Origin: the human T2T-CHM13v2.0 reference genome, Homo sapiens
Reading direction: 5' to 3' (one strand)
DNA length: 64,000 nucleotides
Assembly: GCF_009914755.1 (NCBI RefSeq)
Contig: NC_060928.1
The notes under the pieces are model-generated. The model was not told the origin of the DNA and ran no database searches. It saw nothing but the letters and a program-made list of their open reading frames with translations. Shown here piece by piece: positions 14,190 through 27,890 of the stretch (position 1 is its first letter; every line of letters begins with the position of its first letter). Both the position numbers and the translations under genes were made by a program.

Positions 14190-15463
14190 GCATACCTGCA
14201 ACCATCTTATCTTTGACAAACCTGACAAAAACAAGCAGTGGGAAAGGATTCTCTATTTAATAAATGGTGCTAGGAGAACTGGCTTGCCATATGCGGAAGA
14301 TTGAAACTGGACCCCTTCCTTACACCATAGGCAAAAATTAACTCAAGATGGATTAAAGGCTTAAATGTGAAACTCAAAACTATAAAAACCCTAGACGAAA
14401 ATCTAGGTAATACCATTCAGGACACAGGCACAGGCAAAAGATTTCATGACAAAAACATCAAAAGTAATTGCAATAAAAGCAAAACTTGACAAATGGGATC
14501 TAATTAAACTAAAGAGCTTCCGCACAGAAAAAGAAACTATCATCACAGTGAACAGACAACCTACAGAATGGGATCAACAAGGAACTTAAGCAAATTTACA
14601 AGAAAAAAACATTAAAAAGTGGGCAAAGGGTATGAACAGACACTTCTCTTAAGAAGACATACATGCAGCCAACAAACATGAAAAAAAGCTCAACATCACT
14701 GATCATTAGATAAATGCAAACGAAAACCACAATGAGATACCATCTCACACTCGTCAGAATGGCTGTTATTAGAAAATCAGGAAACAATAGATGCTGGTGA
14801 GCTCGTGGAGAAAAAGAAATGCTTTTACACTGTAGGTGAGAATGTAAGTTAGTTCAACCATTGTGGAAGACAGTGCAGTGAATCCTCAAAGATCTTGAGG
14901 CAGAAATACCATTTGACCCAGCAATCCCAGTACTGAGTATATACCCAAATGAGTATAAGTCACTCTATTACAAAGATACATGCATGAGTATGTTCACTGC
15001 AACACTATTCACAGTAGCAAAGACATAGAATCAACCTAAATGCCCATCAACGATAGACTGGATAAAGAAAACACGGTGTGTATATATATATATATATATC
15101 ATGGAATACTATGTAGCTAAAAAAGGAATGATATCATGTCCTTTGCAGGGACATGGATGGAGTTGGAAGCCACTAACCTCAGCAAACTAACACAGAAACA
15201 GAAAATCAAACACTATATGTTCTCACTTATAAGTGGGAGCTGAATAATGAGAACACACGGACACATGGGGGGAAACAACACACACTGATGACTGTTGTGG
15301 TTGGGGAGGGAGAACATCAGGAAGAATAGCTAATGGATGCTGGGCTTAATACCTAGGTGATGGGATGATCTGTGTAGCAAATCACCATGGCACACGTTTA
15401 CCAATTTAACAAACCTGCACATGTAGCCCTGAACTTAAAATAAAAGTTGAAGAAAATAAAATA
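14190..15463 (+). mobile_element. 5'-truncated older L1PA (about L1PA13-16) 3' end
   Basis: ORF2 3' region plus 3' UTR catcaggaagaatagctaatggatgctgggcttaatacctagg and A-rich tail. Confidence 0.88.
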
Positions 15464-16072
15464 ATGTGTTAAGGTACCTAACCTAAGTCTCCATCTATAA
15501 CTAGAAGTCAGCTGACACTGTGAAAACAGGAACAGGAGGGAGAAGAGTGCTTTCCAGGCAGGGAGGAAACAAAAATCCTGAGATAAGAAATGACATAATT
15601 TTTTCAGAGAAATACACAAACATGGTTTGTTGTTGCTGCAGTCTCTAAAATAAGAGGAACTATGATGCAAGCTAAGAACAACGAATTCTGAGCAAAGAAG
15701 CCATGGTAGGGCACATGTTAAGAAAGTTAGATTTTCTCCGGAGTTTGACATCTGTCAAGTATTCACTATAGGTTTATTAAGTTGAAAAGTTGAGCCTGAA
15801 ATAATTTGGCCATTGGCTTAAATTCAATGACTGTGTTATACTTCACGGCTTTTTTAAAAGCAGGTTTTATCAAAACCAGATTTACTTAGAAAGTCACAGC
15901 ATAGAAATGTTTTAGGTTATTTTAATCCTATGTTACAGGAACAAAGAGATGGTAGCTGGGGAGGAGTAGAGTTAGCCTCAAAGCACATATCAATGTTTAA
16001 AGTATGTGCTTTGCCTGATACCATATTCTCAATAAATGTAAGCAGAAAGGCAATGGCACAAAAACCACATAC

Positions 16073-16308
16073 CTGAGTGTAAGGTGATATGAAACTTGTG
16101 ATGCACACTAAGCCAGCATCTGCAAACAGTTTAGCAACTTCTGCGATGCGTCGAACATTCTCTTCTCTGTCTTCAGGACTAAAGCCAAGATTTTTATTGA
16201 GACCTTGACGAATATTGTCACCATCCAGAGTGTAGCATGGAATACCATGACAAACCAGGTACTCCTCCAAGGCCATGCTCACAGTAGTCTTTCCCGCTCC
16301 AGACAAGC
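16073..16308 (-). CDS. PAPSS1: PAPSS1 exon 3 (APS kinase P-loop GLSGAGKTT ... LDGDNIR ... FISPYTQ)
   Basis: Acceptor ttttag|GCTTG, donor CAG|gtatgt, 236 nt, phase 1 to 0; Walker A and adenylylsulfate-kinase motifs visible in ORF 15917..16408. Confidence 0.98.
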
Positions 16309-16372
16309 CTAAAATTAAACAGTCCAAACAGATTCCATGTGTAAAGTTAGAAGGATAACTATGTAGTAATAC

Positions 16373-16597
16373 TTTTTTTTCCCAGAAACAAGAGTCTTGC
16401 TCTGCCACCCAGGCTGGAGTGCAGAGGCTGCATAGCTCACTGCAGCCTCAAACTCCTGGACTCAAGAGATCATGCCTCAGCCTTCCAAATAGCTAGGACA
16501 ACAGGCACATGCCACCACATCCAACTTATTTTATTATTTGTAGAGACAGAATTCTCAATATGTTGCGCCAGCTGGTCTCAAACTCCTGGCTCAAGAG
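16373..16597 (-). mobile_element. AluJ-type fragment just upstream of exon 3 acceptor
   Basis: Poly-T, gcctcaaactcctggactcaag AluJ diagnostics. Confidence 0.8.
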
Positions 16598-17271
16598 ATA
16601 TAAAAAATTGCAATCACAGGATTAAATACATTCATTATGCAAAGCAATCTCTCAGTAATGTTCTTATCTAATATTTCTCTTTAAGATTTACCTCTTGCCT
16701 AGGAAAACACCTACAGTTTAAACATAATAAGTGTTTGTTTTAATGAAATATCTATGAGCAAACGTATCAGAAATCACTGATAAACTTCAGAAAGGCTTAA
16801 CTAATTTTATTAGCAGACATGGTTGGGAATTCACTTTGTCCTCTCGTTACCACTTTTCTAAAGCTGCATGCCAAATTTTAAAACAAAGTCATATGCCCAA
16901 ATTATTTCTGGTGAGGGAAGAAAAAGAAAGGACAAAAGAAAGAAATGTTACAAAGGTACCTCCATTTTCCTAGATCATCAGCACTCACAAACCACCTTGA
17001 TACAATTATCTGGGAGTCCAATTTATAATATAATTAATTTTAATAGAACACCCTCATTTCAACTCACCTTCCTATACCAACAGTATTTACTCAGTAAACA
17101 AAGAGAAGGAAAGAGTACATTTATGCACTATTACTTGCCAACTTGGCGAGTGTCATAACCAAGATAGTTCTAAAACAAGAGATAAAATACTAAAGTCTAA
17201 TGTACCAATGCTCTTGAAAGAATTCATGGTAGTACAGAAGGCTAACTGGAATAAAAAAAAAACAGAAGAGA

Positions 17272-19054
17272 GGGCTTTTTTTTGGTTCCATATGAAATTT
17301 AAAGTAGTTTTTTTCTAATTCTGTAAGAATATCAAATGGTAGTCTGATGGGAATAGCATTGAATACATAGATTACTTTGGGCAGTATGGCCATTTTCACG
17401 ATACTGATTCTTCCTATCCATGAGGCTGGAATGTTTTTCCATTTGTTTGTGTCCTCTATTATTTCCTTCAGCAGTGGTTTGTAGTTCTCCTTGAAGAGGT
17501 CCTTCACGTCCCTTGCAAGTTGTATTCCCAGGTATTTTACTCTCTTTGTAGCAATTGTGAATGGGAGTTTATTCATGATTTGGCTCTCTGCTTGTCTATT
17601 GTTGGTGTAGAAGAATGCTTGATTTTTGCACATTGATTTTGTATCCTGAGACTTTGCTGAAATTATTTATCAGCTTAAGGAGTTTTGGGGCTGAGACTAT
17701 GGGGCTTTCTAAACATAGAATCATGTTATCTGCAAACTGGGACAATTTGACTTCCTTTCTTTCTATTTGAACACCCTTTATTTCTTTTTCTTGCCTGATC
17801 GCCCTGGCCAGAACTTCCAATATTATGTTGACTAGGAGTGGTGACAGACAGCATCCTTGTCTTGTGCCGGTTTTCAAAGGGAATGCTTCCGGCTTTTGTC
17901 CATTCAGTATGATATTGGCTATGGGTTTATCATGAATAGCTCTTATTATTTTGAGATATGTTCCATCAATACCTAGTTTATTGAGAGTTTTTAACATAGA
18001 TGTTGAATTTTATCAAAGGCCCTTCCTGTGTCTATTGAGATAATCATGTGGTTTTTGTTATTGGTTCTGTTTATGTGATGGATTACATTTACTGATTTGC
18101 ATATGTGGAGAAAATTTTTGCAATCTACCCATCTGACAAAGGTCTAATATCCAGAATCTACAAGGAACTTAATACAGAAGAAATAAACAACCCCATCAAA
18201 AAGTGGGCAAAGGATATGAACAGACACTTCTCAAAAGAAGACACTTAGGTGGCCAACAAACATGAAAAAAAGCTCAACATCACTGATCATTAGAGAAATG
18301 CAAATCAAAACCACAATGAGATATCATCTCATGCCAGTCAGAATGGCTATTACTAAAAAGTCAAGAAACAACAGATGCTGGAGAGGCTATGGAGAAATAG
18401 GAACGCTTTTAAACTGTTGGTAGGAAATGTAAATTAGTTCAACCATTGTGGAAGACAGTGTGGTGCTTCCTCAAGGACCTAGTACCAGAAAATACCATTT
18501 GACCCAGCAATCCCATTATTGGGTATATACCCAAAGGAATATAAATCATTCTACTATAAAGATACACGCACATGTATGTTTATTGCAGCACTATTTACAA
18601 TAGCAAAAACATGAAACCAACCCAAATGCCCATCAATGATAGCCTGGATAAAGAAAATGTGGTACATATACACCATGGAATACTATGCAGCCATAAAAAG
18701 GAATGAGATCATGTCGTCTGCAGGGACATGGACGGAGCTGGAAGCCATCATCCTCGGCAAACTAACACAGGAACAGAACACCAAACACTGCATGTTCTCT
18801 CTCATAAGCGGGAGCTGAACACATGGACATGGAGGGGAACAACATACACTAGGGCCTATCGGTGGGGAGGTGGAGGCCTCCCAGTGGGGGTAGGTAGGGG
18901 AGGGAAAGCATCAGGATAAATAGCTAATGCATGTGGGGCTTAAAACCCAGATGATGGGTTAACAGGTGCAGCAAACCACCGTGCCACAAGCATGTAACAA
19001 ACTGCACGTTCTACACATGTATCCCAGACCTTAAAGAAAAATTTAAAAAAAAAA
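17272..19054 (+). mobile_element. L1PA with 5' inversion (17272-~18105 minus, ~18105-19054 plus)
   Basis: Minus-strand RT-domain ORFs (17190..17997, QFADNMIL at the FADD motif) abutting plus-strand ORF2 C-terminus, 3' UTR and A tail; imperfect TSD agaagag(g)agg on both sides. Confidence 0.88.
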
Positions 19055-19126
19055 GAAGAGGAGGATATGTTGAGAGCATCGATACAGTGTCAGTTGCTTT
19101 ATACATTAAAAACCGATATTAATGAC

Positions 19127-19680
19127 TGTAGCCAGCTGCATTTTCCAAAGATGGCTGCAACTGAATATCCCATCCTACAAGTGTCTACAATGTGACTTTA
19201 CTACTGTCACATCAAGAGGTACTAATTCCCTGCCCTAAAATGTGGGCTGGCCTTAGGACTTACCTGCAGCCAAAAGAATGTAGTGAAATAGTGACACGAT
19301 GATGTGTGACTACCAAGGCTAGGTCACAAAATGCTATGCAGCTTTTCTTTGGTCACATTACTGGGAGAAGCCAGCGACTAAATCCCTTGAGACCACCATG
19401 CTAACGTGATCCCAAGCAGGTGTACCAGCCACTCTCAGCCCGCTAAGCTCCCAGCTGACAACCAGCAGCATCTGAGTAAGTCATCTTGGACATCCTGCCC
19501 AGCTGAAACTTCAGATGACTGTGGCCCAGGCCAGCATGACAACAACCAAGCAAGCCCTAAGCATAGCTGCCTATCTGAGCCCTTTTAAATCCCTTACCTT
19601 CAAAATGGTAAGCAAAGTTAAATGGCAATTGTTTTACAACACTGGGTTTTAGGCAAATTGTTACACAGTAACAGTAGGTG
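19127..19680 (+). mobile_element. MaLR LTR (MLT1G/H-like)
   Basis: aaagatggctgc...aatgtgactt...catcaagagg...ccaaggctaggtcac MLT1 motifs. Confidence 0.65.
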
Positions 19681-20045
19681 GAACAAAGGGATGGTGGCTA
19701 GGGTGAAAAAGGTTGTTCGTTATTTCTTTTGAATTGTTGTTTTTAACCACCAATTGAGCATCAAGTATCAGGGAAAAAAAAGTTTGAAACTCTAAACTTT
19801 TACACAACAAAAACAACCTAAATTATAATAAAAGTGTCTGTTCATACATACATGTGTATTTATATGTTTTAAGTGCATATTTAATTTGAAACAAATAAGC
19901 ACTGTTGAAAATTGAATTACTGATATAAACAGTTTCATTTAGATAATTATAGTCAACAGAGCAGTCAGAGGAAACTGATAATACAAGATAAGCAATCCAA
20001 ATCTAAGATATGGATAACTGGTATACCTGAAGAATAGAAACCAGC

Positions 20046-20428
20046 TCTACTGGGTTGAATAGTGTTCCCCAAATATTCATGTCCACCCAGAACCTCAGAA
20101 GGTGACCTTATCTGGAAATAGAGTCTTTACAAACACAATCAAATTAAGAGGAGGTCATACTGGATTAGGGTGATCCAACAGCTGGTGTTCTTACAAGGCT
20201 ATAAGACAAAAAGAGATTGGAGTGATCCGTCCACACACCAAGGACTGCCAGCCACCAGCAGAAGCCAAGGGGGAAACAGAAGAGATTCTCCCTCAGCACT
20301 TACAGGAGGAACCAACCTCACCACAAACTTAATTTCAAACTTCTAGCCTCGAGAACTGTGGGAGAATAAATTTCTTCCACCTATTTTGTGGTTAATTTGT
20401 TATGGCAGCCCTGGGAAGTTAATATACC
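20046..20428 (+). mobile_element. MaLR LTR (MLT1B-like)
   Basis: gggttgaatagtgttcccc...ttcatgtccacccagaacctcagaaggtgacctta...aataaattt...ttgttatggcagccc. Confidence 0.8.
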
Positions 20429-20599
20429 AACCAATGTAGAAACACAAAACAACAAAATTTCCCTAAAATAAAATCTGATAAAAAGTGAAACACGTCTAGC
20501 AAAACAGCATACAAAAATCACTCAATAGCTTGGGCAGATCCAGGTTAAGCATCTGAATTGCAAGAAAAAAACAAATCTTGACTTCCATGTCCAACATCA

Positions 20600-22620
20600 T
20601 TATCAAAAAACATATATATGAAGGCTACAGAAGATTTGACACCACAACTGACAAGCTTAATCTATTATACAGAATACTGCACACATCAGGTGAATACATA
20701 TTCTTTTCAAATACACGTTTATGAAAACTACAAGTTTTCCAGGTCCACATGGGAGGAGCTTGAAAGTCACCACCACATCCGAACAAGTGAAAACCTGAAC
20801 AGAATAACTCTTCTTGGATCCGTGAGGGGAGGACAGGGGGCAAACCACTGCCTCCATGAATGGGGAGACAGGCAAATGAAGGGAGTAACTATTGACTGCA
20901 GCAGAGACTCACTGTGGGGAAAAGTACTGTGGGAACCAGTGTCACACAGAAAAACCTAAACTGTAATTGATGAATTAATTAAGGCTCAGTGTGGACAAGT
21001 CCGAGAGTTAAAAATTTCAAAGGAACCTCGTTATAGGGAGGGCCCCACAACATTGTGAGTTTCACCTCCAGGAGCTCAATCAGGTTCTCACAGTAAATAT
21101 TGGAGAAAAATCCCCAAGTGCTTCCATTCTGAAATACACCAGAGCACCAGATTTTTTTTTTAACAAGGACTGAACTCAGGAGAAACTATTTAACCAAAGC
21201 CTAACCTGCTGAGGTTTTATTGGAACCTAACTGACCTGGGGGAAGGGAAATACCAACTCCAGCCAATTCTAGCCATCCCGTCCCAATTGAGGAAGGCATA
21301 GGGTGGGGGCAAGGTGATGACTGAAAACTTATTACATACTAGACCACAGAGCAAGTACCAAAAAATCAGATAAGCTTTATTTATAAGTATCATTAGTGAT
21401 GAAATAAATGGAAAACACCACGTTCAAGAAAAAGAGTACCCAATATTCTAAAGATCAATTTTCCCCCAAAATTAATCTTAGATACAATGCAATCCCAAAC
21501 TAAATAACAACAGAGTTCAGGGGAATTGGTTAAATCTATTACAAGATTTAGACAACACTAAGAGCCAAAAAAAAAAAGGAAGTCACAATGAAAAAGAAAA
21601 GTCAACATTGCTGATGAAGAACAAGGTAAGAGGACTTACTCCACTGTCCTTCAAGATTTATAAAAATACAGTAACTAAGAAATGTGGCATTAACAGAGGA
21701 ACAGACAAATATATCAGTGGGACAGAGCAGAGGGCCCACACATAAGTGGAGACCTGATATAAAACAAAGCAGACACTGCAGATCAGAGAAAAAAGACACC
21801 CTCATAAATCTATGTTCTTGGGATAAGTGATTATCCACATGGAAAAAAACGAAAATGGATCTGTCCCTCACACTATACACAAAAATCAACTGCAGATAAG
21901 GACCTAACTGAGAAAGACAAAAGCCTCTATTTCCCTGTATTTTTACAGGGAAATAAGTAATTCCTTAGTCATCCAGATGAAAAAAGGAACGCTCCTAAAA
22001 AGAAAAAGCTGATTAGGCTCACACTTATTCAAAACATTTAATGCCAGAAGACAATAGAGTACTGTTTTTAAAATTCCAAGACCAAGAAAGTATGAACCAA
22101 ATATATATTTTACCCAGCCAAGTTGGCATAAAAGGTAGTCATTCTCAAACATAAAACCTCCAGGAGTTCAGAACCTAATGGAAGGCCATCTTGCAAAAAT
22201 TATTTAACAATGAAATACAGACAATTAAAGACCATTCAAATAAAGAGCTCATGAGTGAACATGTCATAGTAAAATAACTGATGGGAAGCTACCAACTATT
22301 GACCCATTAAGTGCTATAAACCTGGGCAATAAAAATGTAACAATTTAACTGTCTGGAATTAAGAATGAGGAAATGGGAAGAATGTGAGAGTGTATCTTCT
22401 TTCATACAAAAACAAACAGACCTGTCTAAAAATGAAACATGATTAAAAAAACAAAAGAGTAACTTTTTTGCCAATCAGCACAAATTTTTAAGAACTGGTA
22501 ACAACCACTGTTGACAAAGACACTGGGAAATAAACACCCTCCCATACTGCTGGTAGGAGAGTAAACTGGGATAAAATTTTAGTGGGCAATGTGGCAAAAT
22601 GTATCAAAATTTTAAATATA
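20600..22620 (+). mobile_element. Patchwork of old L1M fragments
   Basis: A-rich strand bias, L1 ORF2/UTR-like motifs; boundaries approximate. Confidence 0.5.
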
Positions 22621-22813
22621 ATTCATAGAAGTGAAAGCATCCATCGTTTTTAAAGCTACTTCAAAATCTGTACCAATTCAGTCACTCACCAGCCTGCTAT
22701 GACTAAGCCAAAAGACAAGACTCTAGGGAAACAATCAAAGGCCATAGCAAAAGCTGAATAATAGAAATTCACTTTGTGAAAATTCTTGCCACTCATTCTT
22801 TCTGGTTGTACCA

Positions 22814-23153
22814 TGCTATGGTTTGAATGTGTCTCTCAAAGTTCATGTGTTGGAAACTTAATCCTCAATGCAACAGTGTTGAATGATGCAGTCTAACGGA
22901 GGTGTTTAAGTCATGAGGGCTCCACCCTCATTAATGGAATAATCCATCTATAAAAGGGATTGAGGCTGTGAGTTCAATCTTTTGCTCTTTCTCAGCATGT
23001 GATGCCTTCTGCTGTATTACAAACATAGCAAGAAGATGCTAGTCCCTCAATCTTGGACTTCCCAGCCTCCAGAACTATGAGAAATAAATTTCTATTCATA
23101 TAAATTACCCAGTCTCTGGTATTCTGTTATAACAGCATAAAATAGACTAAGAC
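22814..23153 (+). mobile_element. MaLR LTR (MSTC/MSTD-like)
   Basis: tgctatggtttgaatgtgtc...ttggacttcccagcctccagaactatgagaaataaa...gactaagac. Confidence 0.8.
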
Positions 23154-23469
23154 GTATGGTTTTCACTGTTAGCTTCTCAGAGCAGAATCCAGATCTTATT
23201 TGCACTCAGAAGTGTGTAGAATTTAATGTGCTATCTATGAAAAAGTAGTTTTAAGGTTCATTGTGGTTTTTACCTTTATTTAACAGCAATCCTATAAAAG
23301 AACAAAAAAAAAAATAACAAGAAATATTATTAAGCAACTATGTCAGTTATATGTCGTGATGCTCCAAATACAAGAACAGAGCTTAAAATTTAAATATGCT
23401 TACGCCTAGTCCAAGGTTACCTATATGCACTGCTTTTAAAATAAACTGCTTTCTCTCTCTTGACCATAC

Positions 23470-23584
23470 CTGTTAGCCAAACTGTGCAACCACGAAAGCC
23501 ACCTCTGGTCCCCACCACCTGACCTCTCTTGTTCCTGCTGACATGATGGGCTTGGTAGGTGACATTGGTTGCTCTCTGCATTCC
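23470..23584 (-). CDS. PAPSS1: PAPSS1 exon 2 ([39 protein letters not shown])
   Basis: Poly-T acceptor ttttctag|GGAATG, donor ACAG|gtatgg, 115 nt, phase 0 to 1, continues exon 1 frame. Confidence 0.97.
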
Positions 23585-24319
23585 CTAGAAAAAAAAGAAA
23601 AAAAAAATTCTAGTTTATATGAGTCCTTTAAAAGGCAAACACATATTCCTTGCAAACACACAAAAGTCTATGTAACATGCCAAAAGCAAAGAAAAAGATA
23701 AAACAGTTTTTTTTTTTCCTTAGAGTACTGGCATGGTGTTTACTGCTTTCCACATGCCAACTGATTTAATCCTCACAGCAATCCAATGACATAGGTACTC
23801 TTACTACTAAGGTTTTACAGATGAAGATTTTAAATCTGAAAAATGGTAAATAACTTGCCGGAGATCCCAAAACTAGTGAGTGGCAGACTCCAGAGCCTAG
23901 TCCTTTCACACATTCATTTATTCGTTCATCCATTCAGATAGTATCTACTGAGGCCCTACTAGTATGCCATGTGAGCAAAACAAGGTCACTACCCTCAATT
24001 AGCTTACATCCCACTGGGGAACAATGTAAACCAATAAAACTTAACTACAACATCAGAGAGTGATAAGTGCACTGTAGAAAAATAACATAGGGTAAAAAAG
24101 GAAACAGAGTGCCTCTTTAGAGAGGATAATCAAGACATGCTAAGAAGGTGACATTTGAGTAGACTCCCAAAGAAAGTGTGAAAGAGATGCCTATGGGTAT
24201 CATGAGATAGCTACTTCTGAAATGAAAAAAGTGGAATGTACTGGTTATAACTTCATGTTCTCCCAAAGCTGCTTCAAAAAAAAAAAAAAAGCATAAAATT
24301 ACTTAGGCCTCAAAGTATC

Positions 24320-24690
24320 TGAACAGGCTTTCCTCCAAAGAAAACATACAAATGGTCAATAAGCCACATTATTTAAATAATATTCAACATCATTAGCCAC
24401 CAGGAAAATGCAAATCAAAACTACAATAAGGTATCACTTTGCACCCACTAGGATAGCTGTAATAAAGACAGATAATAACAAGTACTGGGGAGGATATGGA
24501 AATATTGGAATCCTCATATATTTGTTGTTGCGAAAATAGTAGTCATTTTGGAAAACAGCAGCCCCTCAAAATGTTCAATACAGAGTTATCATATGACCAA
24601 ACAATCCCATGCCTACATTATACTCACAAGAAATGAAAACATATGATCACATAAAACTTGTACATACATATGTCCACAGCAGCATTTTCA
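24320..24690 (+). mobile_element. L1MB/MC ORF2 3' fragment
   Basis: caacatcattagccaccaggaaaatgcaaatcaaaactacaataag... L1 ORF2 C-terminal motifs. Confidence 0.75.
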
Positions 24691-26968
24691 GAAATACATT
24701 GTTATTATCATCACCATGTTATACATCTTTTGAACTTAATCCTTGTATCTAAATAAAATTTTGTACCCTTTGACCAACATCTCCTCCAACCATCCTCCTC
24801 AACCCCCACTCGACCCCAAACCTCGCAGTCCCTGATAAACACCATTCACTCTCTACTTCTACAGGTGCAACTTTTTTAGATTCCACATGTAAGTGAGATC
24901 ATATGGTATTTCCCTTTCTGTGCCTGGCTTATTTCACTTAACATTTTATCATCCATGTGGTAACAAACAAAAGGATTTGTATAATTTTTAAGACTCAATA
25001 GTATTCCACTGTGTAAATATACTACTTTTTTTTAATCCATTTATCAACTGGTCAACACTTAAGCTGATTCCATATCTTGACTATGGTAAATAGTGCTGCA
25101 ATTTACAATTAACATGAGAATGCCAATATCTACTCTACATACTGATTTCACATCCTTTCATTATACACCTAGTAGTGGGATTGCTGGATCATATGGTAGT
25201 TCTACTTCTAATTTTTTGAGGAACCTCCATATTGATTTCCATAATGGCTATACTAATATTCCCACAATAGCACACTAGGATTTTCTTTTCTCACATCCTC
25301 ACCAACACTTTTGTCTTTTTTATAACAGCCATTCTAACAGGTGTGAGGTGATAGCTCACTGTGGTTTTAATTGCATTTCCCTGATGAGTAGAGAAGTTGA
25401 GCCGATGATTAGAGAAGTTGAGCCTTTTTTCATATACCTGTTGGCTATTTGTCTATCTTCCTTTTAGGAATGTCTATTCAGATCCTTTGCCTATTTTTTA
25501 ATTGCACTGTTTTCTTGCCACTGAGTTGTTTGGCTTCCTATTTTGGATATTAACCCCTTATCAGATGTATGGTTTGCAAATATATTCTCCCATTCTGTAG
25601 GTTGTCTCTTCACTCTGTTGATTGCACCCTTTGCTGTGGAGACAATTTTTATCTGATGTACTCCCATTTGTCTATTTTCATGTTTGTTGCTTGTACTTTT
25701 GGAGTCATATCCAAAAAAAAAAAAAAATCACTGCCTAAACTAGTGTCATAAAACTTTTTTCCTACTTTCCTCTAGCAGTTTTAGACTTTCTGATCTTACA
25801 TGTAAATTTTTAATTCACTTTGAGTTTTTTTTATATGAGGTGAGATAAGGGTCTAACTTCATTCTTCTTCACGCAGATATCCAGTTTTCCCAACACCATT
25901 TTTTGAAGACTGTCCTCTCCCCATCATGTATTATTGGCACCTTTGTCAAAAATCAATTAAATATAAATGCATGTATTTATATCTGGGCTTTCTGCTCTGT
26001 TGTATGGTTTATATGTTTGTTTCTGTATCATGCTGTTTTGATTACTATAACTTCAGAGTGTGTTTTAAAGTTAAGTAATGTTAATACCTCCCGCTTTGTT
26101 ATCTTTGCTCAAGATTGCTTTGGTTATCTGGGGTCTTTTGTGGTTCCATACAAATTTTAGAACTGCTTTTTCTATTTCTGTGAAGAATCCTTGGAATTTT
26201 TATAGGGATTGCATTGAATCTGTAGATCACTTTAAGTAGTATGGACATTTTAACAATATTAATTCTTTCAATCCATGAATACATACAATGTTTCCTTTTA
26301 TTTCTGTCTTCAATTTTTTTCATCAATGTTTCACAGTTTTCAGTATACAGGTCTCTTACTTCCTTGGTTAAATGTATTCCCAAGTATTTTATTTTTCTGG
26401 TAGCAACTATAAATGAGATTGTTTTCTTATTTCTTTTACAGGTACTTCAATGTTAGAATATAAAAACACTACTACTTTTCTAATGTTGAGTTTGTATTCT
26501 GCAACTTTACTAAATTTATTTATTCTAACAGTCTTCTGGTGAAATCTTTAGGGTTTTCCATATTATTTAAAACCACGTCATCTGCAAACAGGAACAATTT
26601 AACTTCTACTTTTCCAATTTGGATGCCTTTTATTTATTTCTCGTCTAAGTGCTCTGTCTAGGACCTCCAGTACTATGCTGAATAGAAGTGGTAAGAGTGG
26701 GCACCCTTGTTGTGCTCCTGATCTTAGAGGGAAAGCTTTCAACTTTTCCTGTTTTACCATTGAGTATGATGTCAGTTGTGGGCTTGAACTATGTAGCCCT
26801 TATTACGTTGAAGTACATTCCTTCTTTTCCTAATTTGTTGAGAGTTTTTATCATAAAAGGTTAATGAACTCTTTCAAATAATTTTTCTGCATCTATTGAG
26901 ATGATCATAGGTTTTTTGCCCTACATTCTGTTAGGGTGGTGCATCACCTTTATTAATTTGCATATGTT

Positions 26969-27273
<305 letters not shown>

Positions 27274-27530
27274 CTATGTTGAACCATCTTTGCATCCCTG
27301 AAATAAATCCCACTTGATAAGGAGGAATGATCCTTTAATGTGCTATATAATTCAGTTTGCTACTATGTGTTCAGGATTTTCGCATCTATGTTCATCAGGG
27401 ACACTGGCCTGTGATTTTCTTTTCTTCTAGTGTCCTTTTGTGGCTTTGGTATCAAGGTAATGCTGGCCTCATAAAATAAATTTGGAAGTATTCCCTCTTT
27501 AATTTTTTGGAAGAGTTTGAGAAAAAATCG

Positions 27531-27890
27531 TGATATGGTTTGGCTATGTGTCCCCACACAAATCTCATCTCGAACTGTAATCTCCATGTGTGGAGGGAGC
27601 GACATGGAAGGAGGTGATCAGATCATGGGGGTGCTTTCACCCATGCTGCTCTCGTGATAGTGAGTTCTCACAAGATTTGATAGTTCAAAAGTGTGGCACT
27701 TCCCCCCTTGTTCTCTCTCTCCTGCCACCATGTAAGATGTGCCCTGCTTCCTCTTCACCTTCCGCCATGATTATAAGTTTCCTGGGGCGTCCCCAGTCAT
27801 GCAGAACTGTCAGTCAATTAAACCTCTTTTCTTTATAGTTTACCTGGTCTTAGAGAGTTCTTTATACCAGTGTGAAAACGAACTAATACA
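27531..27890 (+). mobile_element. MSTA-like MaLR LTR inserted in L1
   Basis: tgatatggtttggctatgtgtccccacacaaatctcatctcgaactgtaatc...aactaataca. Confidence 0.88.

Noticed and set aside
15917-16408. 163-aa ORF as a standalone APS kinase gene
   Set aside because: It is exon 3 plus intronic/Alu read-through; splice sites define the real exon
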